A stretch of DNA of 63,693 nt, counting the filler, from Licmophora abbreviata (Eukaryota): assembly GCA_900291995.1 (NCBI GenBank). It is 16 parts of 16 records of this genome, joined end to end, with 100 filler letters (N's around TTAATTAATTAA, not from the genome) between each part and the next. Parts side by side here need not be neighbours in the genome. Positions count along the whole stretch, not along the records: positions 7,564 to 17,473 come from OLMU01000371.1; positions 17,574 to 21,037 come from OLMU01000372.1; positions 21,138 to 25,966 come from OLMU01000375.1; 13 more parts are not named here. One strand, given 5' to 3'. How positions within the stretch are numbered: position 1 is the first letter of the stretch; each line of letters opens with the position of its first letter. Both the position numbers and the translations under genes were made by a program. Below the pieces are notes generated by a model that saw only the letters and a program-made list of their open reading frames with translations, was not told the DNA's origin and made no database searches. This document shows, piece by piece, positions 9,868 through 21,628 of the stretch.

Positions 9868-12538
9868 ATGTCTAGGTAAAGTAAATTGGTCTGAAGGCGA
9901 CAAAGCCATCACGGAATGGAATGAAGATGACCCCTGCGGTGCATGGTTGTGTGTGCTCTCCCCTCACACCCTCTGTCTTTCTCGCGTGTATTCCACGTAC
10001 GATGATAGGTGGCTGAAATCGGTGAATACCTTGTTGGACTCGCTGGATGGACAGGTGGAAACGGCCATAGAAGAACAGGTGGCGCACGAACAAGATGATG
10101 CGCGCGCATTGGGCCAAGAGACGGTCGAAAGCATCTTGGCCAAGCGAGGTCTTTCGGCGACGAATGGTGTAATTCTGGAACCGGAAGCGACTCGAGAGGG
10201 TTCCTTTGGGAAAAGTGAGACTGATGTCGAAGCAAAGGGGCATGTTGATGAAACAGTAGTGGATGCCCAGCCTGTTGTGTCGCAGAGCGAGGAGTTTGAC
10301 GTTCCAGAGGAAGCTCTGGCGGTTGAAAGTTCCACGGAACCCGAGACTGTGTCTGAAGTAGAAAAGCCAATTGAGAACGATGAAAATCAGACAGACCAAT
10401 CCGCGGAGCCGGTTCAGGAGATCAAGTCCGAAGTAGCCGCTGAGGACGCTCCTCAAGTCATGGCCGTGGTGGACTTGAGCATCGAAGCCAAGGAGGAGGA
10501 GGACGCCAACGAGGAAAGGAGAGGAAGTCCCACAATGGTGGAGGCTGTGAATGAAGCGGCCTCACAGAAAACGCCGAGTCTGCCACGGCAGGAACCTGCG
10601 CCGTCGTCGCCCAAACTGGAAGCTTCAAGCTCTGCTGCACCCACCGTGAATGTTCCTACGCAGAAGAATTTCGAGGAGGAATTCAAGGCAGCCTTGGCAG
10701 AAGCGCGAGGCGCACAAAAGGAATCGCGGACCCTTCGACGCCATGTGGTTGCACTCAATGAAGAATTGGAGACGGCAGAGGCGGAAATTAAAGCGCAGAG
10801 GACGGAATTGGAGCGAGCCGGTGAACGCATGGAAAAGGATCGCACCCGTCACAAGGAAGAAAAGGAGGTCTTCACAGCTCGGCATGTAGAAGAGATCAAA
10901 GCTCTCAAAGCTCAGCATGAGCAAGCGATGAGGGAACAAAAAAGACTAGCAGATGAGCAACTGGAAGGGGCTAGAAAGCGAATGCGTGCTGTAGAGGAGC
11001 AGCGTATGCAAGAGGGGGGAGATTGGACGAAAGAGCTTGAGGTATCTGTTCAGCGCGAGCACGATGCGGCACAACGAATGGCGTCGCTGGAGTAAGTACG
11101 AAATCTGAGCTGCTTGTTGCACTTTCTTCTCGCCAACTCATCGACTTGCGTTGCCCTTTAGAGATGAAAAGTCGACGCTTCTCTCCCAGATTTCGACGCT
11201 TCAGGCTCAACAGGCTGCTCTTGCGAACAGAGTGGAGTCGCTCTCTCAGACTGCTGACAATGCTTTGGATCGTGAAAGGGAGGCGGACGATCGATTGGAT
11301 GCAGCATTGTCAATGCATGCGCGCCAACTTACTCAACGGCAGGTAGGTTTGCATTTTATTCAGTTTGTTTTGGTTGTATGCCGTAGCCACCCCCGTCTAA
11401 CTTGCGACTGACCGGTTCCTATAGAATCGAGAGGCTGAGCTAGAACGAACAGTTACGGATCTCGGCGCTGCTCTGGTCGTCGCGCGAAACAAGGAAGTAG
11501 AGCGTCTCAAGTCGGAACAGCATGCTGGAGTCACGAGCGACAGCGGGGACTCCGGTTCTTCGACGGTGAAGCTGGCAGCGGCGGAGGATGAACTGGAGAC
11601 AGTCAAGGCCCAGCTCGAGATTGAAAAGCAGCGCGTAAGTTTGTCTTTGTCGTGAATTGATTCTCTCCGGGCTGTTGTACATCATTCTTATTAAAAGTCT
11701 ATGTTCACTTTTGGATAACAGTCGCAGACGTTGCACGAGGAACTTAGGGACCAGACAAAAGAAAGAACGGAAGAAGCATCTGCTCTTCACGCTCGACAGC
11801 TACAGAGCGATCGTCGTGTTACCGATATGTCGCTTACTATTTCGCGGCTACAGGCCACCATGCGGGACACAAAGAGGGACTCGTTGGAAGATAACCATGA
11901 CTCATCGCGCTTCGCCGACGGAAAGGACGAGCAGATCAAGTCGCTGTCGGAACAGGTCATTCGTCATCAAGACAGGCTAGGACAGAGCTCCACTGAGATC
12001 AAGGCCATGAAAAGTCGTCTACAATCCGCTCTGAATCGCGCGGAGCAGGCGGAAGCAGCATTAGCAGCTTTCAGCGAGACCGATAGTGTGTATGATTCGA
12101 TGGAACGTGGCCCAAAGAGCGCTAGTATGAGGAGAAGAGGAGGACAGCCGCGTGACGTGTCGGGTGGATCCATCAGGTCCGTGATGAATCTGAACAAACC
12201 GGGACAGGAGAAGATCGCCAAAGCCATTGATGTGGTTGATACTTTCTCAGTCGAGACTGGTAAGTCAACGAGAGCTCAAGCTGTTCACTGTCAGTTCGAC
12301 TTCGATGCTTAGTACAATGTTGTTCGCTTGTCATTTAGGGAAATACCTCCGCTACAACCCCTTGGCCCGCGGCTTCTTTCTTCTGTATCTAGTTATGATT
12401 CATCTCTGGACATTCGCTTTGTTGATGTTTCACGCGCATGGCTACGAAACGGTTCACGGCGACTTTGGCGCTGGGAGACAGCTTCCTCACGGCCCGCACG
12501 CGTTGATGCACCAGCAGGATCCTGCTCAAACTCCTTAG
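9868..12538 (+). CDS. Golgin-84 (GOLGA5)-like coiled-coil Golgi tether, 6 exons
   Basis: MS|RWLKSVNTLLDSLD N-terminus, long coiled coil, and C-terminal LRYNPLARGFFLLYLVMIHLWTF TM. In-frame GT-AG introns at 9876-10008, 11092-11161, 11343-11424, 11635-11721 and 12260-12338. Confidence 0.85.
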
Positions 12539-12651
12539 GACGCAAAGCGTTCTACTAGCTAGGAAGGAAAAAGAGGTGGGATAGTGTTTCTTTTTTTATT
12601 GTTAGGTTCGCATTAATGGAACTTGGCCATCTTGCACTCAGGTGCGAACAG

Positions 12652-15384
12652 TCAAAAACCCGAGTTGTAGTCCCTCACAAAAAGCATGGACTGCTGTATT
12701 TCGTTCAACATCATGACTGAGCGGTTGACCTTGCGCTGATCGCGACCAAGACGCCGCCGCTTTCTCCGGCTTACTTCCGGGAAGTTGTCTTCCTCTTCCT
12801 CCCAGAAGTCTGTTACTGTCCTCGCCTCGCAGAAAGGGGCCTCAATGATCCGATCTTGTACTTTCTCGTTGTCGGCAATACCATCCTCATCTATAGGAAC
12901 ACACAGCTCACAATCCGATCCAGCATCGCAAGCAGAGTGTCTTATTTTCGTCCGCTTGGGTACAAACCTCACAGGACGCTCAAGAAAAGCTTCGAACTCG
13001 ATATCGCTACTGGACTTTTTCTTGCCACGGTTCTCGTATTCATGATGGAGTATGCTTCTTTCGACCTCTTCTCGATGTCGAACCTTTTCAATGCGCTCGG
13101 CATCACCCTTCTGGCCCCGTGTCCTAAGTTCCTTGTTGTAACCGAGTTTTGTCTCTTTCAAGTACTCTTCATCGATCGAGGCAGAATTGTAATCCTCCTT
13201 CAAGGCTTGCAGTTCCCTATTCGCCGCTGCAACTGCAGAAGCCAAAGTACTACCAAATGCTACAGGTGCAAAGTTGCCGTACATGTAGTCACCGACAAGT
13301 TCTTTATGATCCAACCGTTTCCAACCATCCAAAGATGAAGCTGCGGGGGCAGCCGGCAAGACTGGAGCTGAGCCACGTTTTGCCGCTGGAACTCGGTCGG
13401 GTGGCTTCAGAACAGACTTAACGATCTGCTTACGTCCTTGACTATGGTCTTCAGCTCGTTTGCTTGCCAGTTGAATCTTTGTCACGTCATCTAAGAGCAT
13501 GCACCCTCGGTGTTGTGATGAGACATGCCTCCGTAGCTCCTCATCGGAACGAAATCGAAACTGCTTTGTCTTCGTATCCGACCAAGGACAGAACGGACAC
13601 ATGCAGTGAATCTTGTCGCGCACTTTTTCCACATTAGTACCATGAGTTTTCTGTATATGGCGCACTAGTCCACTCCAGCTGAACCATCCATTGCAGACTG
13701 GACAAAGATACACGTGTCGTTTCACATTTTCGCAGAGGGAGCCTCGCATCGGCAGCACAGGATGCGAATCTTTCATATGCTTCAGTCTCTCCTCCGCACT
13801 GTGCGAGATATAGCTGCAGTGTGGGCATCCATGCTCACCAGATCGGAGCCTATGCAGCTCGCTTCTATGTCTCTCCAAGAAGCAGAGGCCAAAAGGCCGA
13901 AGACAAGCTTCACACTCGCCAACTTCGATATCGCGGTAGTGTTTCTTTTGATCAAGTTTTGAAGCCAATTCAGTGGCAATGGGTTTCTTGCTCGAAAGAG
14001 AAGTCGATACGTCTTGTGTGCCGCTTCTGAGCCGTCGTCTTAGAGGGTCGAGGATGGAGGCAGGCTGCTCTCTCGAAGCTTGCTTCTTGTTCACAGTAGA
14101 AGCCCCCGATCGACAAATTCGCGTCGAGACACTTTGCCTTTCGCCATTCGCCATCGTCGAGTCACCAGCGGTGTCCTCGCCGTCCGCTTCCACGCGCACT
14201 CCAACGCCAGGAACGTACTGGCACTTGGTATGGCATGCTGAACATTCGGTTCCCACATACGGACAACGATTGCCGCACTCGGGACATGAGAACCCACTGC
14301 TAACCGTCGCCTGGGCATCGAGAAGTGTAGACACTTCGGAAATCGTCATGGGCGTTGGGTTAAATCGATCGACCTTCAAAATCTTCCGCTGCGGTCGTGA
14401 GCTTCCAATTGGTGCATCCTGGCTTTTTGTATCGACGGTTTTGTCTGTCAAGTCGCTCTGTGCAACTGGTGAGGACTCTGATTGGGGCTGTCCGGGCCGG
14501 ACGACGTCCGACGATGCTCGAGTCGATCGTATTGGTCGACGGACACTGGGGCGAGTCACTGTCACGTCCTCTTTCTTCTCTTCTCCGTCCTTGTATTTTG
14601 CTCTATCTCCTCTCAAACTCTGGCCCTGCTCTAGACATTCTTTCACTAATCTCACGGCACCTCGATCGTTCGGTGCGTCAGTGTCAGGCAGCATCTCCCA
14701 TGTTGAACCCAGTTCCAGTCGCCACTCCTTTTGTTGGCTCCACGAGCACAGTCCTGGGGACGCACAAGACAGAGCCATGTCAATATAATCTTTCAGACAA
14801 TCCAGCTTCATTGTGTTGCTGGCTGCCGTATCACAGTCTGTCAGTCGAGTTAGAAGCGGCCCAAAGTACAGTGTTTTCCCCGACGTCCGACATGAAACTT
14901 CAAGTGACGGCGACACAGTTCGACGTTCTGATATTTGACTCTGAATTTGTTGTAGCATGTTACGAAGCTCGGCACATTGTAAAATATAGCGAACAAGATT
15001 ATCAGGCGCAGAGGATGATCCATCCGCTGTTGGACCCTCTCGCCACAGTCGCGCCACCCAGACGGTTGGAAGGCGACCGGTGGGCGATGGATGACCCTCT
15101 GCGACTCCTGCTGCCAGAACGCCCCCGTCTACTGTTTGTACACCAAAGGGCCGGAAACGAACCTGCCAGCACTGTCGATCCGGCGTGTAGAGACCGTGGC
15201 CGCAGGGGGTCGTGATGCGTCCCTGTGGCGAGGGCAGATCCTCCGAGGACGCTTCCACGCGAGTCGCTTCGGACAAGCTTGTCCGGATCTTTTGGATCAT
15301 TCCAAGTGTTTCAGCATCCCAATCTGTATCTACAATCAAGGTTTCAGGGTCTTTTCTTCGATTCGAAACATCAATGGCTGCCAC
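12652..15384 (-). CDS. C2H2 zinc-finger protein with an additional C4 zinc ribbon
   Basis: 910-aa ORF with CPECG..CSAC, and CEAC..H..H, CPHC..H..H, CPVC..H..H, CPFC..H..H fingers. Confidence 0.75.
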   Translation of the reverse strand: MAAIDVSNRRKDPETLIVDTDWDAETLGMIQKIRTSLSEATRVEASSEDLPSPQGRITTPCGHGLYTPDRQCWQVRFRPFGVQTVDGGVLAAGVAEGHPSPTGRLPTVWVARLWREGPTADGSSSAPDNLVRYILQCAELRNMLQQIQSQISERRTVSPSLEVSCRTSGKTLYFGPLLTRLTDCDTAASNTMKLDCLKDYIDMALSCASPGLCSWSQQKEWRLELGSTWEMLPDTDAPNDRGAVRLVKECLEQGQSLRGDRAKYKDGEEKKEDVTVTRPSVRRPIRSTRASSDVVRPGQPQSESSPVAQSDLTDKTVDTKSQDAPIGSSRPQRKILKVDRFNPTPMTISEVSTLLDAQATVSSGFSCPECGNRCPYVGTECSACHTKCQYVPGVGVRVEADGEDTAGDSTMANGERQSVSTRICRSGASTVNKKQASREQPASILDPLRRRLRSGTQDVSTSLSSKKPIATELASKLDQKKHYRDIEVGECEACLRPFGLCFLERHRSELHRLRSGEHGCPHCSYISHSAEERLKHMKDSHPVLPMRGSLCENVKRHVYLCPVCNGWFSWSGLVRHIQKTHGTNVEKVRDKIHCMCPFCPWSDTKTKQFRFRSDEELRRHVSSQHRGCMLLDDVTKIQLASKRAEDHSQGRKQIVKSVLKPPDRVPAAKRGSAPVLPAAPAASSLDGWKRLDHKELVGDYMYGNFAPVAFGSTLASAVAAANRELQALKEDYNSASIDEEYLKETKLGYNKELRTRGQKGDAERIEKVRHREEVERSILHHEYENRGKKKSSSDIEFEAFLERPVRFVPKRTKIRHSACDAGSDCELCVPIDEDGIADNEKVQDRIIEAPFCEARTVTDFWEEEEDNFPEVSRRKRRRLGRDQRKVNRSVMMLNEIQQSMLFVRDYNSGF

Positions 15385-16019
15385 TGTGGCAGGTGAGGTG
15401 CTGCTACCGCTGGCAAGGGGGGCGACGAGGCAGACGACGAGTTCATCGATGATGGGTCCTTATCTCGTTTGCCTCGGTAAGCTTCTCCCCTGTCTCTTGG
15501 TCCCAGATTCGTCATGCCGCCTTTCAGTTCGTCGCACTTTTACCGAAAGTAGGACGGTGGCGACGCGCAGAGTTGGGGATGTCGGCGCCTCACAAATTTC
15601 CCCGCTGTCTCTCGTCGCCGTTGTGTTGCTAATGGCCGGCATCGACGCTCTCCGGGTGAGATCTCACAGACATGAGTGTACGAGCAGAGAGAGAGTATAC
15701 GAGTCGGGTACCAAGTCTAAGATATCTCAGACAGGCGCAAGAAATCACAATTCGACTGATTCGACTCAGAATTATTGATTTTGGTCACGAGTGTGATGAT
15801 GCGGCGAAAAAAAATTCAAAATGGCGCATTCTCAACGCCGGCGACGGTCCGACACGCTTGTCAATCATCATCACGTTCTCCTCAAATGAGCACGTTTGAG
15901 TGACATTCGTAGTCTTACATTCATCACTACGTATAGAACCGATAGAAGGAGCGCCAAGAGGTTGCGACAAGAGATGGAGCGAAAACTGAGTCAATTTTTA
16001 GTTTCCGGTGACAGTCATC

Positions 16020-19000
16020 ATGAGCAGCAAGAAGGAGGAAGTCACGAGTCTGGACGCATACTTTAATCGCGTCAGCAGCTCAGAAGAGCAGGCTTTGTCG
16101 GGAAACAACGCTGGTCGTCGTCTTCGTCGTACTTCCGCGCAGCAAGAGGAAGATGAAGAATCGGGAATTCGCTACTTCTTGAGTGAACCATCCGTGACGA
16201 GCGAGGGTGATCAATCGGAAAGCGTTCACCGAGATCGTATTCTGTCGCTGCTATCGCCTGCGCGTGATGAAACGGAGGAGGTAGTACGGGAGCTATCACC
16301 AGGGGCTACAAGTCTGAGTTCCAAGGAAAGTCTACTTGTGGGTGGGAAAATGGTCCAGTTGCAGTTTACGCCGGAACACGCTCTGAGGAATCGAGTTCGG
16401 GTCCCGTATGCTCCTGAGTTACCCACTCTTACTTCCAAACCGAAACCAACGGGGATCGAAACTGCAAACGATCTTGAATCTGAAATGAAACCTTCTCCAG
16501 CGATTGGCCAGCTGTCAGAACCCTTGTCGTTGTCCACCGAGAGCTACGGTGCACTCAGAGAGCAAACGGGAACATCGGACGCTGATGGCACTGTCGAAGA
16601 AATCGTGGTGAGCGACGCCGAGACGGACAAGATTGGTAACTCTGTCGCTTCCATGGCCCACACTGTTGATGCTGACGAGACGCTCGTTATGACACTTTCC
16701 GAGACGGATGACGATGAGGTGCGAACGAAAGATACCGAGGCAACACCGCTTGACTGGGAACAACAGCATTCGGCTGATGACGAGCAGACACCGCTGGTGA
16801 GCAGGCTGAATCGCAAACGCTGGGTCCCAAGCAAGATTGCAAATGGACACCGTCGGACAAGGAGCGGAGATGCGGCAGCTGCTAGTCTCATGACGGGTGG
16901 GCTAGACTGGCGAGGTATGCAGCGAGATCAGCTTCCGATTCCGCCACCACATGTTGAGGAAGGCGAGGAGGACGACGAATTCATAGATGGAGCTCAATCT
17001 ACTCCATTTGATGAGCGCTGGTTGAAGGCAGACAAAGGGGAGCACGTATCCGGTGTTTCGAAAATATCGTTGAGCAATACTCGATGGAGACGGTCCGGGC
17101 CGTCCCAGCAGTACAGTCCAAGGGAGGGGCTAGAACTCAGCGAAACGGGTCCCGACTTGCTGTCGCCAAATACTTTCTCTCACCTTGCCCTTCAGCCTCA
17201 GCATCAAGCAACTGGTCCTTACCTAGCGTCGTATGGGACTTCGACCTCGAATCCGAGACGCGGTCGGCTCCAGTCGGAAGCTAGTGCAGACTCTTCACTG
17301 ACGCGAGAGTCCGGTTTTTCATGGCTTTCTACCTCAGAGGCGTTGCCAGCTGCACCTGGTGCACAGTTTGCTGACCGAGGGGTTTCGAAACCCCTGCAGC
17401 AACGCGAGAGTCCGAGTGAGAGTTCTCAGTATGACGACGAGGACTCCGAGAGCTACTTTTCAAATATAGAAGANNNNNNNNNNNNNNNNNNNNNNNNNNN
17501 NNNNNNNNNNNNNNNNNTTAATTAATTAANNNNNNNNNNNNNNNNNNNNNNNNNNNNNNNNNNNNNNNNNNNNGCTACTTTTCAAATATAGAAGAGGAGG
17601 AACAGAATATCATGCGCACTAGAATGCCACCTAGGGGTGCTTCTCTTCAAGAAATTCCAGGAGACGAGGGGCTCCTTCGAAGTCGAGATTTCACTAGTAG
17701 CGTACAAAGAGGTCTGCACGGCAGCATAGTCTCGCCTTTCGCAAATGTTGGGGAATATGGACCAAAGGCTTCCCTTTCATCGTTCAGGGTGGCAGGGATG
17801 GATGGGGTCGGCTCCGGTTCTCACCCCACTTTTGTATGCCCGCGCTGCAACACCGTTCAGAGGGAGTTTTTCACTGTGGCGACTGCACCTTCGCAGTTTG
17901 AAAGCCCTGCTGGCTATCTAGCCGTGTACTTTGGAATTTACGTCATTGCTGCGCTCTACATTTTTGGGTTGGAGGTACGTGCGACCTCACGAGAATGCGC
18001 ATGCTCAAGTCGCATCGGCTTACAAACTTCTTTGTGATATGAACCGTTCTATAGGAGGGATGGGCGCCTCTAGATTGCGTATACTTTGCTGTCATCACGC
18101 TAACTACAGCAGGATTAGGTGATTTCGTGCCTACTTCCGATGGAGCCAAGATCACGTGCAGCATTTTCATTTACTTTGGTGTCGCGTGCATTGGCTTACT
18201 ACTCGGTACCTACTTGGCTAGCATGATGGATGACAAATCCGAGAAAGAAGCAAAGCAAAAACGAGTGGAGAACTGCGCTAATTGTTCCCGATTGAATGAT
18301 ATCAGGCACCAGCGGGCGACGCGTGCCGCGATGTCAGCTTCTTCTAGAGAGTTCTCGGGTCGAGATTTCTCTAGCCGCGATATCTCTGGAAGATCGAGAT
18401 CCACGGTGTCGTCACAGGGCGACAAAATGTGGTTTTCTGACCGTTCTCGGGATATACATAGCTCTGACATCGATAGTGCTGCTGAGGGCCAGGCTGGAAT
18501 TAGCCACGCACGCCAGATGTCATCTTCGCTCAGATCCATTTCGGAAGACAATGGTCCTTCAGAAAATCTAAGGACACCAAGTGATACGGAGAGCCGGAAG
18601 AGAGAAGATAGGCGCGAGGTGATTCATGGTTTCGGGAGGAGTCCTGAGCAGTTGTTGTCCCCCGGGACGAAAGCAGCTCTTGGATCCCCAATGACGTCGC
18701 AGATCATCCGCCGACAAAGCCGGACGCGTCACATGTCAATTGGTCACGATCAGCAAAGTGCCTTCTTTGGCTCACCAACTGACAGTGCTCGTAAGATGAG
18801 CGAAGATCTTGCCTCTTCGGCCGCCATTCCTGAAGGTAGGCCTTACAATCCGGTCTCATCGAGATCGACGAACACGGAATGGAGAGCGGCAGGCGAAAGC
18901 GGTGAGCGAAGTGAAACTGAAGACGACGAATCTTTTTATTCCGCGTCTTCTTCGTTGTCTGAGGAAGTTGGGGCCATGAGGGCACCCGACAAACTGAAGG

Positions 19001-19941
19001 CGGCCAAGTACATTTTCCTGACATTGAAGCAGGCGCTCATGAATTCTATCCTGATCATTGTCGTTGGTGGAATTGGTTTTCGCGTCATTGAAAAGATGAC
19101 CTTCGTGGATAGCTTCTACTTCACGACAGTTCTGTTGACAACTGTTGGATATGGTGACATTCATCCAGTTACATCGGCAGGAAAGCTGTTTGCTACCGTC
19201 TATGTGCTTGTTGCCGGCACGGTTTTGTTGAACAACATGTCGCTCATAAGTATGATTCCGCTTGAGCTACGAAAACGTCGGTTAGAGCGCGTGGTTCTCA
19301 CTCAGTTTGGAGACCAACTGGATGACATTACTTTAAGGGAATTGGCGACTGGTCCACTTGTTCGTCGGCTCCAGTTGTCGCACAACCCCTCTACACCTGG
19401 ACTGGACAAGTGTACTCGTGAAATGTTTGCCTTGGCCATGTTAGTTCGATTGGGAAAAGTATCTGAACGAGATATTCGCCAGACCTTTGCAGCCTTTCGA
19501 CGACTGGATGTCGACAAGGACGGCGTCCTGAGCAGCAAGAGTATCATTGCCGGTATGATGGCTTCCCAACGACGCGCGAGTCAGATGAGCATTCGACAGT
19601 CAAGTCAGACGAGTGGACGACAGGCAAATCAGTCTAATGCACCACCTCCGCCGTCATACTACGAGCACGAGATGCGAGAACCCCCGCTAGACTACTGGTA
19701 TGACTCGAGAGGCGTAGACGGCCATCTTTCTGCTGCTGCACGCGAGCAGGGATTTGAGCGATTAAGTCATGTCCAGCGCAGCGTCTCAGTGTCTCCTCGA
19801 TTCCGGCCGGATTCTTCTGAGCGATCGTCCTTGTATGTGAGCAACAATCAAGGATACGATTCGTTTCCGTACGACGTCGAACGTGGCCCCTACGATGACT
19901 GTGGATACCATGGAGGAAGACTATCAAGTTCTCTCACCTAA
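16020..19941 (+). CDS. Two-pore-domain K+ channel (TPK/K2P-like) with long disordered N-terminus and EF-hand; spans a gap and one intron
   Basis: Pore 1 YFAVITLTTAGLGD (after intron 17975-18054), pore 2 YFTTVLLTTVGYGD, EF-hand DVDKDGVLS. 22-nt overlap across the gap at 17474. Confidence 0.88.
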
Positions 19942-20026
19942 CTGCTTCAAACAGATGCATGGTATTCGTTTTCTAGATTCTCACGTCCCGCGTGCGAACC
20001 GGAACTGTACTGATAGTTCTAGCTGT

Positions 20027-21037
20027 CTACCGTGCGATGTGCTCCCACTCCGCTTCGATTGTGCGGCGAGTGGCCAGCCACTCTGAAATAGTTAGGTCAC
20101 ATTTTCCTCCGATCTCTGTCGGAATCACTTCCACTGGAATGCCATATCGGGATAGCGAAGCCACGACTTCCTCGTCCGAGCCACTGTGAAACACAACTCT
20201 AGCCCGGGTCTCTTTGTTTATCTGAGCTAGTGAGATCGGTGTCAATATTTTCGATATAAGTGTAGGAAGACAACACGCATGAGTGGAGCGGGCAGGTACT
20301 GGAAATGCAATCCTGTGTAAGTCTGCGTTGGAGAACTGATAGTCCCAATCCACATCCCACATCGAGCCTCCCTTTCCAACATAGATCCGTACAACACCCT
20401 TCGCTGCATCAGGATGTTGACAGTACACCTCTTGCAGGTAGAATCCGGCCCGAATCAAGCTGCTGGTGGAGTATCCATCGCGTGTGTGCTTTCGCATAAC
20501 CCCCAGACCGATCAGCCGTCCCGAATCGTCCACGCCCGGAAGATGCTGCATAAAACCCGCCTCCAGAGCGACTAGATCATCTCGCACGGCACCATGAAGT
20601 GTCATGGGCAAGCAGAACTTATCTGAGCCAAACCATCTGCGTCGCTCTTCCCAATACGAAGCGACGCGTCGAGCACCTTTCACAGGATTCAGATCTTCTC
20701 GTCTCAAAAACAGCTCCAGTCGCTGATCATTGATCTCCAGGTCGCGCCCTTTGCGAGACGCCTCCAACCACGCTCCTTTCTCCTTAGTTGGCATTAAGTT
20801 CAGCTGGTGTCTCAGCTCAGCGAGCAATGATGAAATTTCTTCGGCAGAAGCTTCACTTGCCGTGCTGCCGGTACTTCGTTTCACGCGCTTGCGAGGCTGG
20901 GAAACAGCACATTGGTCTCCGAAGAGATCGGCCAGAGCGTCATTGCGTTCCTCTTCCGTTAGAATCTGGTTGTCCTGGAGAGGACGAGGCGGCTCCGTTA
21001 ACATGGAAAGGAGAAACTCGGCGGCCGACACGTCTTC
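20027..21037 (-). CDS. CRAL-TRIO/Sec14-like domain protein, 5' end in the gap
   Basis: LELFLRREDLNPVKGARRVASYWEERRRWFG, DDSGRLI and YGIPVEVIPTEIGG resemble the CRAL-TRIO N-domain and C-terminal motif. Confidence 0.7.
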   Translation of the reverse strand, partial: EDVSAAEFLLSMLTEPPRPLQDNQILTEEERNDALADLFGDQCAVSQPRKRVKRSTGSTASEASAEEISSLLAELRHQLNLMPTKEKGAWLEASRKGRDLEINDQRLELFLRREDLNPVKGARRVASYWEERRRWFGSDKFCLPMTLHGAVRDDLVALEAGFMQHLPGVDDSGRLIGLGVMRKHTRDGYSTSSLIRAGFYLQEVYCQHPDAAKGVVRIYVGKGGSMWDVDWDYQFSNADLHRIAFPVPARSTHACCLPTLISKILTPISLAQINKETRARVVFHSGSDEEVVASLSRYGIPVEVIPTEIGGKCDLTISEWLATRRTIEAEWEHIAR

Positions 21038-21628
21038 NNNNNNNNNNNNNNNNNNNNNNNNNNNNNNNNNNNNNNNNNNNNTTAATTAATTAANNNNNNN
21101 NNNNNNNNNNNNNNNNNNNNNNNNNNNNNNNNNNNNNAGTCAGACAAGCTGCTGCAGCAGCTAAAACAAATCAGCCAGTCCCTCTAACAAGACTCTCTCC
21201 TTTTACCTTCCTTCTGGGATGGTACTCTTCCTGGAAAACTTTCCATAACCCTTGTCGTCGCTCCTAAAGAACATTTGCTTCGCCAACCCAAAATTATCGT
21301 AAATGTTGAAAATCATTGCAATCCTCGCAAATTCCTCCATTTCCTTTTGTTCTCTTCTAAAAACGACTACCAGTACTCGTACTGAGGACCAGTGTGTCAT
21401 CCGTGTCTTAGGCAAGGCAAAACATACCATTGTGGACTAGCTAGCTTTACCTGCAAGGTACATTGGAAGGCCGCCAAACCCACGTAGCTTATACTACGCG
21501 AGCTCTCGTGAGAGGAGCTCGTCGGTGTCGGTTACCCGAAAACTTTTCAAACGCGGCGTCATCGCAGAGACCATGATGGCGCCTTTGGTCGGCGCTCATC
21601 AGTTCATCATCATAGAGTTCCCGTCACC

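Noticed and set aside
13973..15215. Long antisense ORFs (271 and 272 aa) and similar shadow ORFs elsewhere
   Set aside because: They overlap well-supported genes on the opposite strand and show no motifs; expected at this GC content.
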